DNA of 64,000 nt from assembly GCA_963796275.1 (NCBI GenBank), contig CAWCKY010000006.1, positions 2,080,001 to 2,144,000 of the forward strand, read 5' to 3'. Each line of letters starts with the position of its first letter. Positions within the stretch are counted from its first letter, which is position 1. Both the position numbers and the translations under genes were made by a program. The notes below the pieces were generated by a model. The model saw only the letters and a program-made list of their open reading frames with translations. It was not told where the DNA came from and searched no databases. This stretch comes from an uncultured Acidobacteriota bacterium. Lineage in GTDB: Bacteria > Acidobacteriota > Blastocatellia > RBC074. Of the stretch, positions 11,334 to 23,005 are shown one piece after another.

Positions 11334-11368
11334 AAAAAGGGGAGGGGATGCGCTCACATCTCCTCCCC
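11334..11368 (-). terminator. Rho-independent terminator after the di-heme protein gene
   Basis: Minus strand GGGGAGGAGATG-TGAGCG-CATCCCCTCCCC followed by TTTTT. Confidence 0.6.
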
Positions 11369-11433
11369 ATGTCGAGACACCGGGCAGCGGGCATGTTCGT
11401 CCCGCTTATAAACTGCCCATGATGCTGTAGCTG

Positions 11434-12891
11434 TTATAGTGATTTAAGGTACTCCACGAGAGCACGCTTATCCTCTTCAGACAATCCGAGGTTGAATTGA
11501 ATATTGTAATGATTGACTACGTCCAGCAGCGTCACAAACCGCCCGTCATGATAAAACCGCCCTTTGTTTTCCGGACTCATGAACAGGCCGCGCTCGCGGA
11601 CGAAGAGAGCCGCCAGGTTCTGTGTTTTATATACGTGATCCGGCCCGCGATCAGCCTGGAAACTGTCAATGCCGATCTCTTCGGCTTTGTGCAGATTCCA
11701 GCCAGGCTCAGTCCAGAGCGGAGTCACATGGCATTCGTTGCATCGCGCTTTGCCGATAAATAACGCCTCTCCACGCTTGGCCGCCGAGGTATCAAAGTCC
11801 TTTCCCGGTTTCGGTTTCGGCGAAGGAATGGCCAGTTGATAAAAATGAAGCGCGGGGAGCTTCGATGTGATCCTGTCTTCTTCTGGAGGCGTTCTTATAT
11901 GTCCTAGGCGGTTTCTGGCCGCAACCGGATATTGTTCTGCGTTATCCAATCGCGGGTCGTAGAAATTCCCCACCCCGCGTAGTTCCAGGTTGGCGACGAA
12001 AGCATTCCAATAAGAGACGGTGCCCCACGCACCGGTCCAGGTATGCTGGTTGAAGCCGGCCAGTCCAAAAGCGTTGGGGATCATCGTGGCTCCCGAGACG
12101 TTCGTCCCAGTCACGACGCCGTGAGACACCTGCTGGGGGTTGAACGCCTTACCGTCCAGGAAGAGTTCTGCGTCGAATTTTCCCGGCCCCCAACTGTTGA
12201 GCACCAAACGGACGGTCGGCACATCTACACCCAGCAGGTCAGCAACGGGTTGGAGATTGGGAGCCAGCGCCGCGATCGCACCGATATTTAGGTCACGATT
12301 GGCCCACCCATCCAGCCGATGGCCGATGCCGAAAGCCAGTGAGTTATCCACCGTCGAATGACAGATGGCGCACTGCAGGCCGATTGAACGGAGCGTCCCC
12401 CGCTCGTTGAAGAAACCGGTCACGCCCACGACCGAGTTAAGTTTCAGCAGCGCGAGCGTCGTGGCCGGATCATCCAGATTTACCTGGCCCGCCTTCAGTT
12501 GATTGACGAGCGATTTCGGCAGCGCATCCACATCAACTTTCAATCCGACGGTAAGCGCAGTCCTCGGGCTGACGCCGGGTCCGACCCCGCCCAGTTTCTC
12601 GCCTTCAATGGCCTCATGCAGCCTGAGAGCGTCGCCCCAGAATGCCTCATCGCCAAAAGTGTCGAAGCGGAATGTACGTCTGCCCTCGCTGATCAACCGT
12701 GAGGCATTGATGAAAATCTGAGCATCAGATACACCACCGTTCTGCGTCATGGTTCGATTGAGTTGTTCCTCGATAGCCTGTTCCTGAGTTTGCCCCTGCT
12801 GAGCCTGGCTTTTATCAAACAATATCAGCGCGGCTGCTAACGCCACTACCAGCGTTATAGTCAGAGAGACAAATCGTTTTCTGTCCGTCAT
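11434..12891 (-). CDS. Exported di-heme c-type cytochrome of unknown function (C-terminus CcP/MauG-like)
   Basis: Signal/anchor helix; two CxxCH motifs (CAICH, CNECH); RGEALF before heme 2; FYHDGRF.TL.DVV.HY tail. Confidence 0.75.
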   Translation of the reverse strand: MTDRKRFVSLTITLVVALAAALILFDKSQAQQGQTQEQAIEEQLNRTMTQNGGVSDAQIFINASRLISEGRRTFRFDTFGDEAFWGDALRLHEAIEGEKLGGVGPGVSPRTALTVGLKVDVDALPKSLVNQLKAGQVNLDDPATTLALLKLNSVVGVTGFFNERGTLRSIGLQCAICHSTVDNSLAFGIGHRLDGWANRDLNIGAIAALAPNLQPVADLLGVDVPTVRLVLNSWGPGKFDAELFLDGKAFNPQQVSHGVVTGTNVSGATMIPNAFGLAGFNQHTWTGAWGTVSYWNAFVANLELRGVGNFYDPRLDNAEQYPVAARNRLGHIRTPPEEDRITSKLPALHFYQLAIPSPKPKPGKDFDTSAAKRGEALFIGKARCNECHVTPLWTEPGWNLHKAEEIGIDSFQADRGPDHVYKTQNLAALFVRERGLFMSPENKGRFYHDGRFVTLLDVVNHYNIQFNLGLSEEDKRALVEYLKSL

Positions 12892-13431
12892 AATTTATTT
12901 TACCTCCTGTTTTCATTCGCATACTTAATTCGTTTATTACTAGCGCTCAAAGAACGGTTCCGTACGTAGTCAGGAGGGCGAGACTCTCTGGCAGCGCACA
13001 GCTTCGCCGCAAGACTGCAGCGTCATACCTACCGTCCATGCGTTGGTCAGGTCCGATTCAGACAAAATGCCGTCGTCGTCCTGTCCGTCAGGAGAATTTG
13101 TGTTTTTTCTGTATCGGGAGTTCCAAATCTAGCGAAGCGCCCTAAAGCTGAGTCTTAGGTTACACCTTAAATTTGGACCTGTAAATAAGCGGATACTTAT
13201 TTCAGGTAGATTTCTAGGTGAGTCAACAGATAAACCTTCGATGAGCGCGCCGGATGCCCGCTCACGGCGGATATGCCAACATCGCCCATGTGTTGAAGAA
13301 TTTGCGATCTACGATCCATTCAATGCATGATGAAGACATCGCCCATAAAAAGTGTCGTGTCAAACATTTCCAACACGCGAATCTGTTTTTACAACCCCCA
13401 TCGATTCAGGAGTGAACGTAGTCAAAATTTT

Positions 13432-14061
13432 ATGCAGAGTTACATAAACTGGATTGTATTCGACCTCGGCGGAGTGGTGGTGAAGCTCAACATCCACGGG
13501 GTACTGGATGAACTCGCACGCCGCAGTGATACGGACAGAAGTTCGATCGAAACTTTTATAGGCGCGCGCGACGAGTCGGGGTTGTCGCCGGATGAGAGGC
13601 TGCAGCTGGGCCTGCTCGAAATTGACGAGTACGTTGACCTGCTGAATCGGGCGCTCAACCGCAGGTTGGAGCGCGAGGAGATCATCGATCTGCGGCTGCA
13701 GGTGATTCAGGGCGAGGACGAGGGCGTACTGGAACTAATTCGCGCCTTATCAATCCGGCGGAAGGTCGCCTGCTTTTCCAATACGCACGCCATCCATTGG
13801 GATCACATGCTGGCCAATTACCAATCATTCAAACTCTTTCACCATACGGTCGCCTCACACCTAATTCACGCTGCCAAGCCCGATTCAAAAGCATTTGATC
13901 TCGCATGCCGTGAACTTAAAGCCGCCCCCGCCGATTGTCTGCTGGTCGATGACATATCAGCCAACGTAGACGCCGCACGCGGAGCCGGGTGGAGCGCAAT
14001 TCACTTCAAGGGAGTCGTATCATTGCGCGAGGAATTAAAAGATTACGGCATCTGCCTCTGA
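13432..14061 (+). CDS. HAD-family phosphatase (YihX-like)
   Basis: FDLGGVV, SNT, KPD, DD motifs. ATG 13432 preferred over the ORF-track start 13327 because motif I follows closely. Confidence 0.85.
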   Translation: MQSYINWIVFDLGGVVVKLNIHGVLDELARRSDTDRSSIETFIGARDESGLSPDERLQLGLLEIDEYVDLLNRALNRRLEREEIIDLRLQVIQGEDEGVLELIRALSIRRKVACFSNTHAIHWDHMLANYQSFKLFHHTVASHLIHAAKPDSKAFDLACRELKAAPADCLLVDDISANVDAARGAGWSAIHFKGVVSLREELKDYGICL

Positions 14062-14224
14062 CGCGCAGCCGGATTTTTTTTGGAAAAAATCGTCTCCCGC
14101 GCCATTCTCGGCAAAACCAAGCGCGGCAAACCTCTCGGCGTTTGGTCAATTTCGACGCATATAATCGACGCATTTAGCGGCTGCGACTCGCAGAGATTTC
14201 GAGCGAATGCGATTTTTATCCCCC

Positions 14225-14259
14225 TTGACAAGAAAAGTTGTCAAGGGTAGATTGAATTT
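14225..14259 (+). promoter_or_regulatory. Sigma70 promoter with overlapping palindromic operator; probably leaderless
   Basis: TTGACA (14225) - 17 nt - TAGATT (14248) - 6 nt - ATG (14260). TTGACAA-N6-TTGTCAA covers the -35. No SD. Confidence 0.7.
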
Positions 14260-14850
14260 ATGCTTGAAGTGGAAGTCATCGATGATCCTGCGACTGCGAC
14301 GGTGGCCCTAGACCCGGTGAGGAGCCGGATACTGTCGGAGTTATCTGAACCTGCCTCGGCCGCGGCACTCGCGATCCGACTAGGGATTGCGCGGCAGAAA
14401 ATCAACTATCACCTGCGAGCGCTTGAGGCGCATCGTCTGGTGCGAGTGGCAGAGAAGCGCCAATGGGGCGGACTGACGGAACGCTTGCTGGTCGCGACCG
14501 CGGCTTCCTACGTAGTCTCACCGGGCGCGCTGGGCCCGGCCGCGGCGGATCCGGGTCGTGATGCGGACCGTCTTTCCGCAAGCTATCTCATTGCCCTGGC
14601 CGCCCGCATTATTCGTGAGGTCGGCACACTCCTGCGTCGTTCCAGGGAAATCGGCAAACGCCTGCCGACCCTGTCACTGGACACCGAGATACGATTCCGG
14701 TCCGCGGCAGATCGCGCGGCGTTCAGTCACGAACTCGCCGAAGCCATTACAAAACTTGTGTCGCATTATCACGATGCATCGGCCACTGGCGGCCGCTCGC
14801 ATCGACTGGTGATCGTGGCGCATCCTTTGCCACAAACATCCAATTCCTAG
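14260..14850 (+). CDS. ArsR-like winged-HTH transcriptional regulator
   Basis: LDPVRSRILSEL.EP.SAA.LA..LG..RQKINYHLR.LE. Confidence 0.85.
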   Translation: MLEVEVIDDPATATVALDPVRSRILSELSEPASAAALAIRLGIARQKINYHLRALEAHRLVRVAEKRQWGGLTERLLVATAASYVVSPGALGPAAADPGRDADRLSASYLIALAARIIREVGTLLRRSREIGKRLPTLSLDTEIRFRSAADRAAFSHELAEAITKLVSHYHDASATGGRSHRLVIVAHPLPQTSNS

Positions 14851-14865
14851 GAGATATCATCGAGC

Positions 14866-15702
14866 GTGAAGAAAGACCCATCCGGTCGCCGATCAGTCCA
14901 AGCTGAAGTTGAAGTCCCTGGTACGCCGGAGGAAGTCTGGCAGGCCATCGCAACCGGACCCGGAGTCTCCGCTTGGTTCGTCCCGACCGAGGTCGACGAG
15001 CAAGGTGGAGTGCCCAGCGCGGTACGTTCCGATTTTGGCCCGGGCATGGAATCACGAGCAACCGTGACCGCTTGGGAGCCTCCCCACCGGTTCGCTACAG
15101 AGAGCCAGGACTTGGGACCGAACGCTCCTGCGGTCGCCACAGAATGGATCGTTGAAGCGCGGTCTGGCGGCACCTGCGTCGTGCGGGTGGTTCACAGCCT
15201 CTTTGCCAGCGGCGACGATTGGGACAATCAGCTCGAAGGTTGGGAATATGGTTGGCCTGGTTTCTTCCGCATTCTGCGGCAGTACCTCTCTCACTTTCGC
15301 GGTCAATTTGGGTCGGCCATGCAACTCGCTGGCGTTGCAACGGAGCCCAGGTCCGAGGCTTGGGCAAGGCTGACCGGATTGCTCGGCTTGGCCGGAACGA
15401 CAAAGGGAAAGCGTGTTAGCGCGCCCGCCGGCGCTCCGCAACTCGCGGGGTCGGTCGAACATGTGGGCGAAGCGGCGTTCCCCGAAGAAATTCTTCTTAA
15501 ACTGGACGACCCGGCGCCCGGCCTCGCCCACCTTTTTGCTATGGATATGGGAGGCCAGGTTTTCCTCTCAATCCGCTTTTATCTTTATGGTGACCGGGCG
15601 GCAGCCACAATCGCACGCGACGAATCGGTGTGGCGGGACTGGATGACCGAGCATTTCCCATTTGTTGGCGTAGGTATTGATCAACAGAACGCGTGCGGTT
15701 AG
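14866..15702 (+). CDS. SRPBCC/AHSA1-domain protein (paralog 1)
   Basis: EVPGTPEEVWQAIATGPGVSAWF, WEPPHRF, VVRVVHSLF. Confidence 0.85.
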   Translation: MKKDPSGRRSVQAEVEVPGTPEEVWQAIATGPGVSAWFVPTEVDEQGGVPSAVRSDFGPGMESRATVTAWEPPHRFATESQDLGPNAPAVATEWIVEARSGGTCVVRVVHSLFASGDDWDNQLEGWEYGWPGFFRILRQYLSHFRGQFGSAMQLAGVATEPRSEAWARLTGLLGLAGTTKGKRVSAPAGAPQLAGSVEHVGEAAFPEEILLKLDDPAPGLAHLFAMDMGGQVFLSIRFYLYGDRAAATIARDESVWRDWMTEHFPFVGVGIDQQNACG

Positions 15703-15768
15703 GTATCGAGGCGAGGATGAATGACGTGATCCATTATCAAGATCGATCGGCACCAGTTAAGGAGACAT

Positions 15769-16584
15769 ATGAGTACGAAGGAAGCCAAACGGCGATCGGT
15801 TCAACTGGAGTTTGAAGTCCCCGGGACCCCTGAGCAAGTATGGCAGGCCATCGCTACCGGGCCTGGCATCTCGTCATGGTTGTTTCCGACCGATGTTGAA
15901 GAGCGCGAAGGGGGAGCCGTCGCTTTCCACATAGCCCCGGGATGGGAGTCCTCCGGAAACGTGACTGGCTGGGAACCGCCTCGACGGTTCGCATACGAAG
16001 AGCCGGACTGGGCTCCGAATGCACCTCCGCTCGCCACTGAGTTCATTATCGAGCCCCGAACAGGTGACGTTTGCATTGTGCGCCTGGTCCACAGCCTGTT
16101 CGCGAGCGGCGACGAATGGGACGATCAGCTCGAGGGGTTCGAAACCGGCTGGCGTTCATTTTTCAATATATTAAGGTTATACCTGCTTCATTTCAGCGGC
16201 CAGAGAGTCGCGTCCTTCCGCGTGATGGGCACAGCTCCCGTTCCGGAATCGAATGCCTGGGAGGCTTTGACCGGTGCGCTCGGGCTTGCGCGTGCAAGCG
16301 AGGGGCAGCGGTGGAGCGCTCCCGCCTCAGGGCCGCCACCGCTTGCCGGCATAATTGAGCGGGCGGGAGATAGCCTTCACGTTCACGAATTAAAGCTGCT
16401 GCTCGACAAGCCGGCGCCCGGAATCGCGCTGTTCGGCGTCTATACCTTGGGCGGTAAAGTTCATGCTGCGATCAGCTTCTTCTTGTTTGGCGATCAGGCG
16501 CCAGCCGTCGTCGCACGCGACGAACCGTTGTGGCGCGCGTGGATGCTCGAACAATACCCATCCGATCAGTACCGCGAGCAGTAG
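15769..16584 (+). CDS. SRPBCC/AHSA1-domain protein (paralog 2)
   Basis: EVPGTPEQVWQAIATGPGISSWL; colinear similarity with 14866-15702. Confidence 0.85.
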   Translation: MSTKEAKRRSVQLEFEVPGTPEQVWQAIATGPGISSWLFPTDVEEREGGAVAFHIAPGWESSGNVTGWEPPRRFAYEEPDWAPNAPPLATEFIIEPRTGDVCIVRLVHSLFASGDEWDDQLEGFETGWRSFFNILRLYLLHFSGQRVASFRVMGTAPVPESNAWEALTGALGLARASEGQRWSAPASGPPPLAGIIERAGDSLHVHELKLLLDKPAPGIALFGVYTLGGKVHAAISFFLFGDQAPAVVARDEPLWRAWMLEQYPSDQYREQ

Positions 16585-16643
16585 CGAGCGTGTCTCAATC
16601 AACTGGCTCGGGTACAACGCTCGCTACCGCTCGCGGTATTGAT
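16565..16643. repeat. REP-like inverted-repeat element, family B (overlaps the 3' end of SRPBCC gene 2)
   Basis: ATCAGTACCGCGAGCAGTAGCGAGCG...CGCTCGCTACCGCTCGCGGTATTGAT; near-identical arms at 46641-46726. Confidence 0.8.
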
Positions 16644-16750
16644 TCGTCGATTATCAAGAAACTTAGTCTTAGTTAACAGTGTTTTTATGAACGGCTGGAG
16701 GAAGTTTTCCGGCCAGTTATGCTCATCAATCTGCTCATCACCCTGTCTCG

Positions 16751-18070
16751 TTATTTAAGCAGAACAGCTCTGGCTGTGTTCTGGTTGCCATCGTTTTTGG
16801 CTGGTTTCAGTCCGAGCACACCGGCCATAATGTTGTAAACATCCACATTCTCAAATGGCTCAACCACTATCGCTTTTTTGAATGCCGGACCGCGCGCGAT
16901 AAAGATCGCCCGCATCGATTCGAGGCGATTGTCGAAGCCGTGCGCTCCGCCATGGGTTATGTCGCCATTTGCCGAAGGCGCTGGTGGTCGATATCTCTCC
17001 CGATTAACGATCGACCATCCTTCGTCTGGCATCACCACAATATCGCCGATCCGCCTGTTCTCGCTGTAGTGGAAATGAGCCGGCACCTCATTCTTTCGAT
17101 AGACCGTTACGTGCGGTGGCGCTTTGGATTTCAGCGTTGAATAGATCGTTTGCTCCTTGCCCGGCATGGCGAAGATGTTTACCGGCCCGCCGTACCATAC
17201 TATCGTCTCCGCCTGTTTGGGATCGAAGTAATCGTCGAGAAACACTATCTCGCTGGGATCGGTTCGCACCATCCCGTGATCGGAGACGATAATGATGTTG
17301 ACCTGCTCGAAGATTTCGCGCGACATCAAGCCCTCCACCAGCCTGCGGAGCGCATTATCGACCTCGGCCACGGCTTTTCTGACGCCGTCGGAATCGGGCC
17401 CCGACTCGTGACCGGCGTGATCGACATCGCCGAAGTAGGTCAGGATCATCGTCGGGCGTTCTGGACCTGGAATATCTAGCCAGGAGAGAACCCCGTCGAC
17501 CCGCTCGGAGTTCGGAATCTTCCCATCATAAGTCTTCCAATAACTGGGCCGTTTCCCTCCGATCTCCGCCTCGGTTCCCGGGAAGAAGAAGGCGGCTGCT
17601 CGCTGACTCTGTTTTTCAGCCGTCACCCAAATAGGCTCACCCAGCCACCAACGTCCATTCTGCACTTCATCGCGCTTGTCCAGGCTGAAAATTTGTTTGA
17701 ACTCCGGATCATAAATCGTATTGCCGATGATCCCGTGTTTATCCGGGTAAAGACCGGTGGCGATGGTGTAATGGTTTGTGAATGTCACTGAAGGAAAGAC
17801 CGGGGTCATCCATCTGGCACGCACGCCTTGTTTGGCCAGCAATCTCAGCGTCGCGGCTGGATACCTGTCAAGGTAGTCCGGACGGAATCCGTCGATCGAA
17901 ATGAGGATGACTGTCGGCTTTAGTTTTTTATCTGCCTCGCTGCGTTCCTGGGCGGGCGCGAACCGCGTAATTAGCAGCGCCGTTATAGCGATGGCTAAAC
18001 CCATCAGCAAAGTGATCTTTTTTCTCACGCAATTCATCCTTTGTTGGTTATTAAGGAACACTTTATACAT
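16751..18070 (-). CDS. Ectonucleotide pyrophosphatase/phosphodiesterase (alkaline phosphatase superfamily), exported
   Basis: ILISIDGFR, FPSVTFTNHYTIATG, DHAGH, VSDHGM, GAHGFDN. True start may be slightly downstream. Confidence 0.9.
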   Translation of the reverse strand: MYKVFLNNQQRMNCVRKKITLLMGLAIAITALLITRFAPAQERSEADKKLKPTVILISIDGFRPDYLDRYPAATLRLLAKQGVRARWMTPVFPSVTFTNHYTIATGLYPDKHGIIGNTIYDPEFKQIFSLDKRDEVQNGRWWLGEPIWVTAEKQSQRAAAFFFPGTEAEIGGKRPSYWKTYDGKIPNSERVDGVLSWLDIPGPERPTMILTYFGDVDHAGHESGPDSDGVRKAVAEVDNALRRLVEGLMSREIFEQVNIIIVSDHGMVRTDPSEIVFLDDYFDPKQAETIVWYGGPVNIFAMPGKEQTIYSTLKSKAPPHVTVYRKNEVPAHFHYSENRRIGDIVVMPDEGWSIVNRERYRPPAPSANGDITHGGAHGFDNRLESMRAIFIARGPAFKKAIVVEPFENVDVYNIMAGVLGLKPAKNDGNQNTARAVLLK

Positions 18071-18289
18071 TGATCCATTCAGCCTGACGATGAATATCTC
18101 CGAGATGGAACGGTCATAATTCCATGAAAATCATGAAAAAAGGAAAGGTTTTCTGAGAAAGATGGGGCGGCTGGGCAGTTGAGCGAAGTGAGCGGACCAT
18201 CTCTTGCATAAATCAGATGCCGGGATCAAAATACCCCGCCGCATCAAAGTGTCCATATCAACTTCTTCACCAATCAGAAAGGATCGGAT

Positions 18290-19585
<1,296 letters not shown>

Positions 19586-19854
19586 TTGAAATACGCTCGA
19601 CTTACGGAACTTCCACCGGGTCCTGTATCGGCAAGAGAAGAGCGCCCGATGGGACTGAAAATTAATGCCACGATAAAATCAAAAACTGATATTAGTCTGA
19701 TGACGGAATCACTCGCGTCCACTTCACTTCATCCGCCAATCTACTAAATCACCCCGCCTACGAGATTTCAGATATTATTTCCAAAATTTTGAACGTGGCT
19801 TGAGGCTAACGAGATTGCTATCTTCTAACTCCTTACTTCTCAATACGTCCAAAC

Positions 19855-19870
19855 CGGCACATCAATTGCC
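19855..19870 (+). promoter_or_regulatory. Candidate sigma54 (-24/-12) promoter for the TonB receptor
   Basis: CGGCAC-ATCAA-TTGC gives GG-N10-GC spacing, ~90 bp upstream of ATG 19962. Confidence 0.45.
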
Positions 19871-19961
19871 CGGTTCCTGACAACCATCGTTTTACGAGGA
19901 GACGAATGTTTCCTCGACCGACATTAACAACACAAATTACCAACAATAACGGAGACCGGGG

Positions 19962-22931
19962 ATGCTGAAAAAAAATCTGGTTTACCGGCTAATTCTCAGG
20001 CCGATGATGTTGTGCATCTATTTGGGGATCGTCGCAGCGCCACACTTCGCACAGGAGGGCACGTCAACGCTGCGGGGAACGGTTGTGGATCAGAACGGCG
20101 CCGTGACGCCTGGCGCTACTGTCTCGGTTGCGAATCAAGCGACCGGGCTCAACCGGCGGTCCGTGACGACCAGCGGTAACGGTGATTACGTCTTCACCTC
20201 ACTCATTCCCGGCTCCTACCGGATTACGGTCGAAGCGCCGGGCTTCAAGAAGGTTGTGCAGGAAGATATTAAGCTTGCGGTGGGCGAAACGATCGAGTTG
20301 AGAATCGCACTGCCGGCGGGCGAGCTGAGTGAGACGGTCAATATCACGACGGACTCGCCGATCATCTCGACCACCTCGAAGGAGATCGGCGGTCACATCG
20401 ATCAGCGCACGATGGTCGAATTGCCCTCGGTCAACCGCAACTTCATCGGTTTTGTCGGGCTGCTGCCGGGCGTGGTGCCCAACATCAGCACCGAATCGTT
20501 CGGCTCGGATTCGGTAAGCGTCAACGGACAGGACCCGCGCAACAACAACTTCCTGCTCGACGGATCCAACAACAACGACGACGTGATCGGCCAGCGGGCG
20601 GGCGGTCAGACGCGGACCGCGCTCGAAACCGTGCAGGAGTTTCAGGTCCTGACCAATCAGTTCGACGCGCAATACGGCCGCACATCCGGCGCCATCATCA
20701 ACGCCATCACGAAGTCGGGAACGAATCAGTTCCACGGCAGCGCCATCGGCTTCTTCCAGGATGATCTGTTCAACGCCACCAACCCCTTCACCATCTTGAA
20801 TAATAATGCGGAAGCCGATACGAGCTTTAAGCAATATGGCGGGACCATCGGCGGCCCGATCAAACGGGATTTCGCGCACTTCTTCTTCGGCATCGAGCGC
20901 ACGACTATCGCCGAGGGAGTGGCCATCACCATCCCGGTGCGCCCGGAATTCAACACCACGACTACCGAAGACACCAAAGCGCTGAATACCTCGCTTCGCT
21001 TCGACATGCAACCCGCGCAGAACCATCAGATCGCCGCGCGCTGGCTGCGCGAGCATTCGCCCCAATTCAATCAGATCATCGGGGCCGTGACGCTCGATGC
21101 CAGGCGCGAAGAGGAAGATGTGGATCAGACTTTGGTCGGAAGTTGGACGGCCGTCATTAATCCGACCCTGCTCAATGACATGCGCGTCAACTTCACGCGG
21201 GAGGACGTGATCTTCGCCAATCCCGGGTTCAACTCCGGTATGTCGATGGCCGAGTTGCCGCCGACGCTCGACTTCGCCTCGTACACGGCGCAGCAGAGCG
21301 AAGTCGCGCAATCCCGCATCAACAACTCCTACCGGTTGGCCGACACCGTCAACTGGACGCGCGGCAACCATTCGTACAAATTCGGTTTCGAATACAACTA
21401 CGTCACCGCCGACAACCGCTCTGAAGACTCGCTGAACGGCGTGTTCTCTTTCAGGGGCGACCTTCCTTTCGTTTCGACCGACCCATTTACATACCCCGAA
21501 CGCCTTCAGATTCGAGTGCCGGGGCCGCAGAAATTCGTGGTCATTGCGCACAACCCGAGCGTTTTCGCGCAGGACGACTGGAAAGTTAATAAAAGGCTGA
21601 CGCTCAATCTGGGTTTGCGGTACGACGACGAGAGCATCTCGCAGGACAACGACAATTTCTCGCCGCGCGTTGGCTTCGCTTACGACATCGGCGGAGCGGG
21701 CAAGACGGTGGTTCGCGGGGGGTTCGGTTACTTCTACCAAAACACGCCGTTCGAGCTGATCACGGCTTTCCGCACGGCGCGTCCGTTCTCCGATTCGTTC
21801 GTCCGCGCGTTCCCGCTCATCACAGTCGATCCGGGGCCAAGCAACGGCAGATTCCCTACCGATCCGACGCTGGTAAACGGGCCCGTGGTCGATCGCGCGT
21901 TGATTCAGTCATTGGTTGGTGGATCTGGTACGCTGGCTCCCAATCCGAATCCGATCGTCGACCAGCATGACCGCCGGATGCCTTACACTCGTTCGCTGAC
22001 CATCGGGTTCCAGCGCGAGCTGTTGCCGAACCTGGCGCTGACCGTCGATTACCTGCATCAGGACGGCATTGATCAGTTGATTTCGGCGTCTCTCAATGCC
22101 GGCAGGAGGGCCAACCCTGATCTGGACACCGAGATCAACCCAATCACGCGCCGCTACAACACGCTAGGCGAAGTCATCGACAATGCCTTCGTACCGGTCG
22201 ATACCCAATTCTTCAGGGATCAACCCTTCTCGACCTCCGTGGTGAACAATGTCACCACACAGCTCAACCTGGGGCGCACCAAATACGACGCGATGCAGGT
22301 CTCGCTCGAGCGACGCTTCAGCCGCGGCTTGCAATTCAGAGCCTCTTACACGTTAGCCAATGGGCGCGGCAATACCAGCGGCAATGGAGTTGCCGCGGCC
22401 AACTTCCAACAGCTCGATGATCTGAACATGGCTTTGAACGCAGGGCCGACTGATTTCGACCGGCGTCACAATTTCGTATTCAGCGGCTTCTATGAAATTC
22501 CGCGCACGCGCGGGCTGATCGTGAGCACGGTGCTTCGTGGGTTGTCCGGCAGTGCGTTCACGATCTTCGATTCGCGCTTCGACGCCGACCAGAACGCCAT
22601 CAACGCCGACCCGCTGCCGGCCGGCAATTATACGGGAAGCTTCACCTTCGATAACGGCGAGACCATGACGTTCGATTTCGCGAATAAAGGCGGGCGCAAT
22701 GGGGCGCGCAGCCCCGGGTTCTTCCTGGCGGACTTGCGGCTCGCCTACAAATACAAGCTCACCGAGCGCATCAACACCGGCTTCACGTTCGAGATATTCA
22801 ATATCACCAACCGGACAAACTTTGCCGGTCCGAGCGGCGATCTCAACAACGCAAGCTTTCTCGTGCCGACCAGCATAAGTGCGAGCTCTATGCCGCGAAC
22901 GCTGCAACTCGGGTTCCGCGTGAGCTTTTGA
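19962..22931 (+). CDS. TonB-dependent receptor (Oar-like)
   Basis: LRGTVVDQNGAV, KSGTNQFHGS, FAQDDWK, NLGLRYD, FSPRVGFAYD, C-terminal LGFRVSF. Confidence 0.92.
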   Translation: MLKKNLVYRLILRPMMLCIYLGIVAAPHFAQEGTSTLRGTVVDQNGAVTPGATVSVANQATGLNRRSVTTSGNGDYVFTSLIPGSYRITVEAPGFKKVVQEDIKLAVGETIELRIALPAGELSETVNITTDSPIISTTSKEIGGHIDQRTMVELPSVNRNFIGFVGLLPGVVPNISTESFGSDSVSVNGQDPRNNNFLLDGSNNNDDVIGQRAGGQTRTALETVQEFQVLTNQFDAQYGRTSGAIINAITKSGTNQFHGSAIGFFQDDLFNATNPFTILNNNAEADTSFKQYGGTIGGPIKRDFAHFFFGIERTTIAEGVAITIPVRPEFNTTTTEDTKALNTSLRFDMQPAQNHQIAARWLREHSPQFNQIIGAVTLDARREEEDVDQTLVGSWTAVINPTLLNDMRVNFTREDVIFANPGFNSGMSMAELPPTLDFASYTAQQSEVAQSRINNSYRLADTVNWTRGNHSYKFGFEYNYVTADNRSEDSLNGVFSFRGDLPFVSTDPFTYPERLQIRVPGPQKFVVIAHNPSVFAQDDWKVNKRLTLNLGLRYDDESISQDNDNFSPRVGFAYDIGGAGKTVVRGGFGYFYQNTPFELITAFRTARPFSDSFVRAFPLITVDPGPSNGRFPTDPTLVNGPVVDRALIQSLVGGSGTLAPNPNPIVDQHDRRMPYTRSLTIGFQRELLPNLALTVDYLHQDGIDQLISASLNAGRRANPDLDTEINPITRRYNTLGEVIDNAFVPVDTQFFRDQPFSTSVVNNVTTQLNLGRTKYDAMQVSLERRFSRGLQFRASYTLANGRGNTSGNGVAAANFQQLDDLNMALNAGPTDFDRRHNFVFSGFYEIPRTRGLIVSTVLRGLSGSAFTIFDSRFDADQNAINADPLPAGNYTGSFTFDNGETMTFDFANKGGRNGARSPGFFLADLRLAYKYKLTERINTGFTFEIFNITNRTNFAGPSGDLNNASFLVPTSISASSMPRTLQLGFRVSF

Positions 22932-22952
22932 GAAAAAAGCATCAGGCTTCGA

Positions 22953-22987
22953 GCGTCGCGTCTATTTCAAGGGAAAAGACGCGACGC
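22953..22987. terminator. Hairpin between convergent genes (probable terminator)
   Basis: GCGTCGCGTCT-N13-AGACGCGACGC, 11-bp perfect stem. Confidence 0.5.
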
Positions 22988-23005
22988 CTATCTACGTCCC
23001 GCAGC

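Noticed and set aside
20199-21740. Long antisense ORFs (513 aa here; also 49442-50821, 41043-42080, 42753-43658, 7170-7979)
   Set aside because: Shadows of GC-rich real genes on the opposite strand, with no recognisable motifs.
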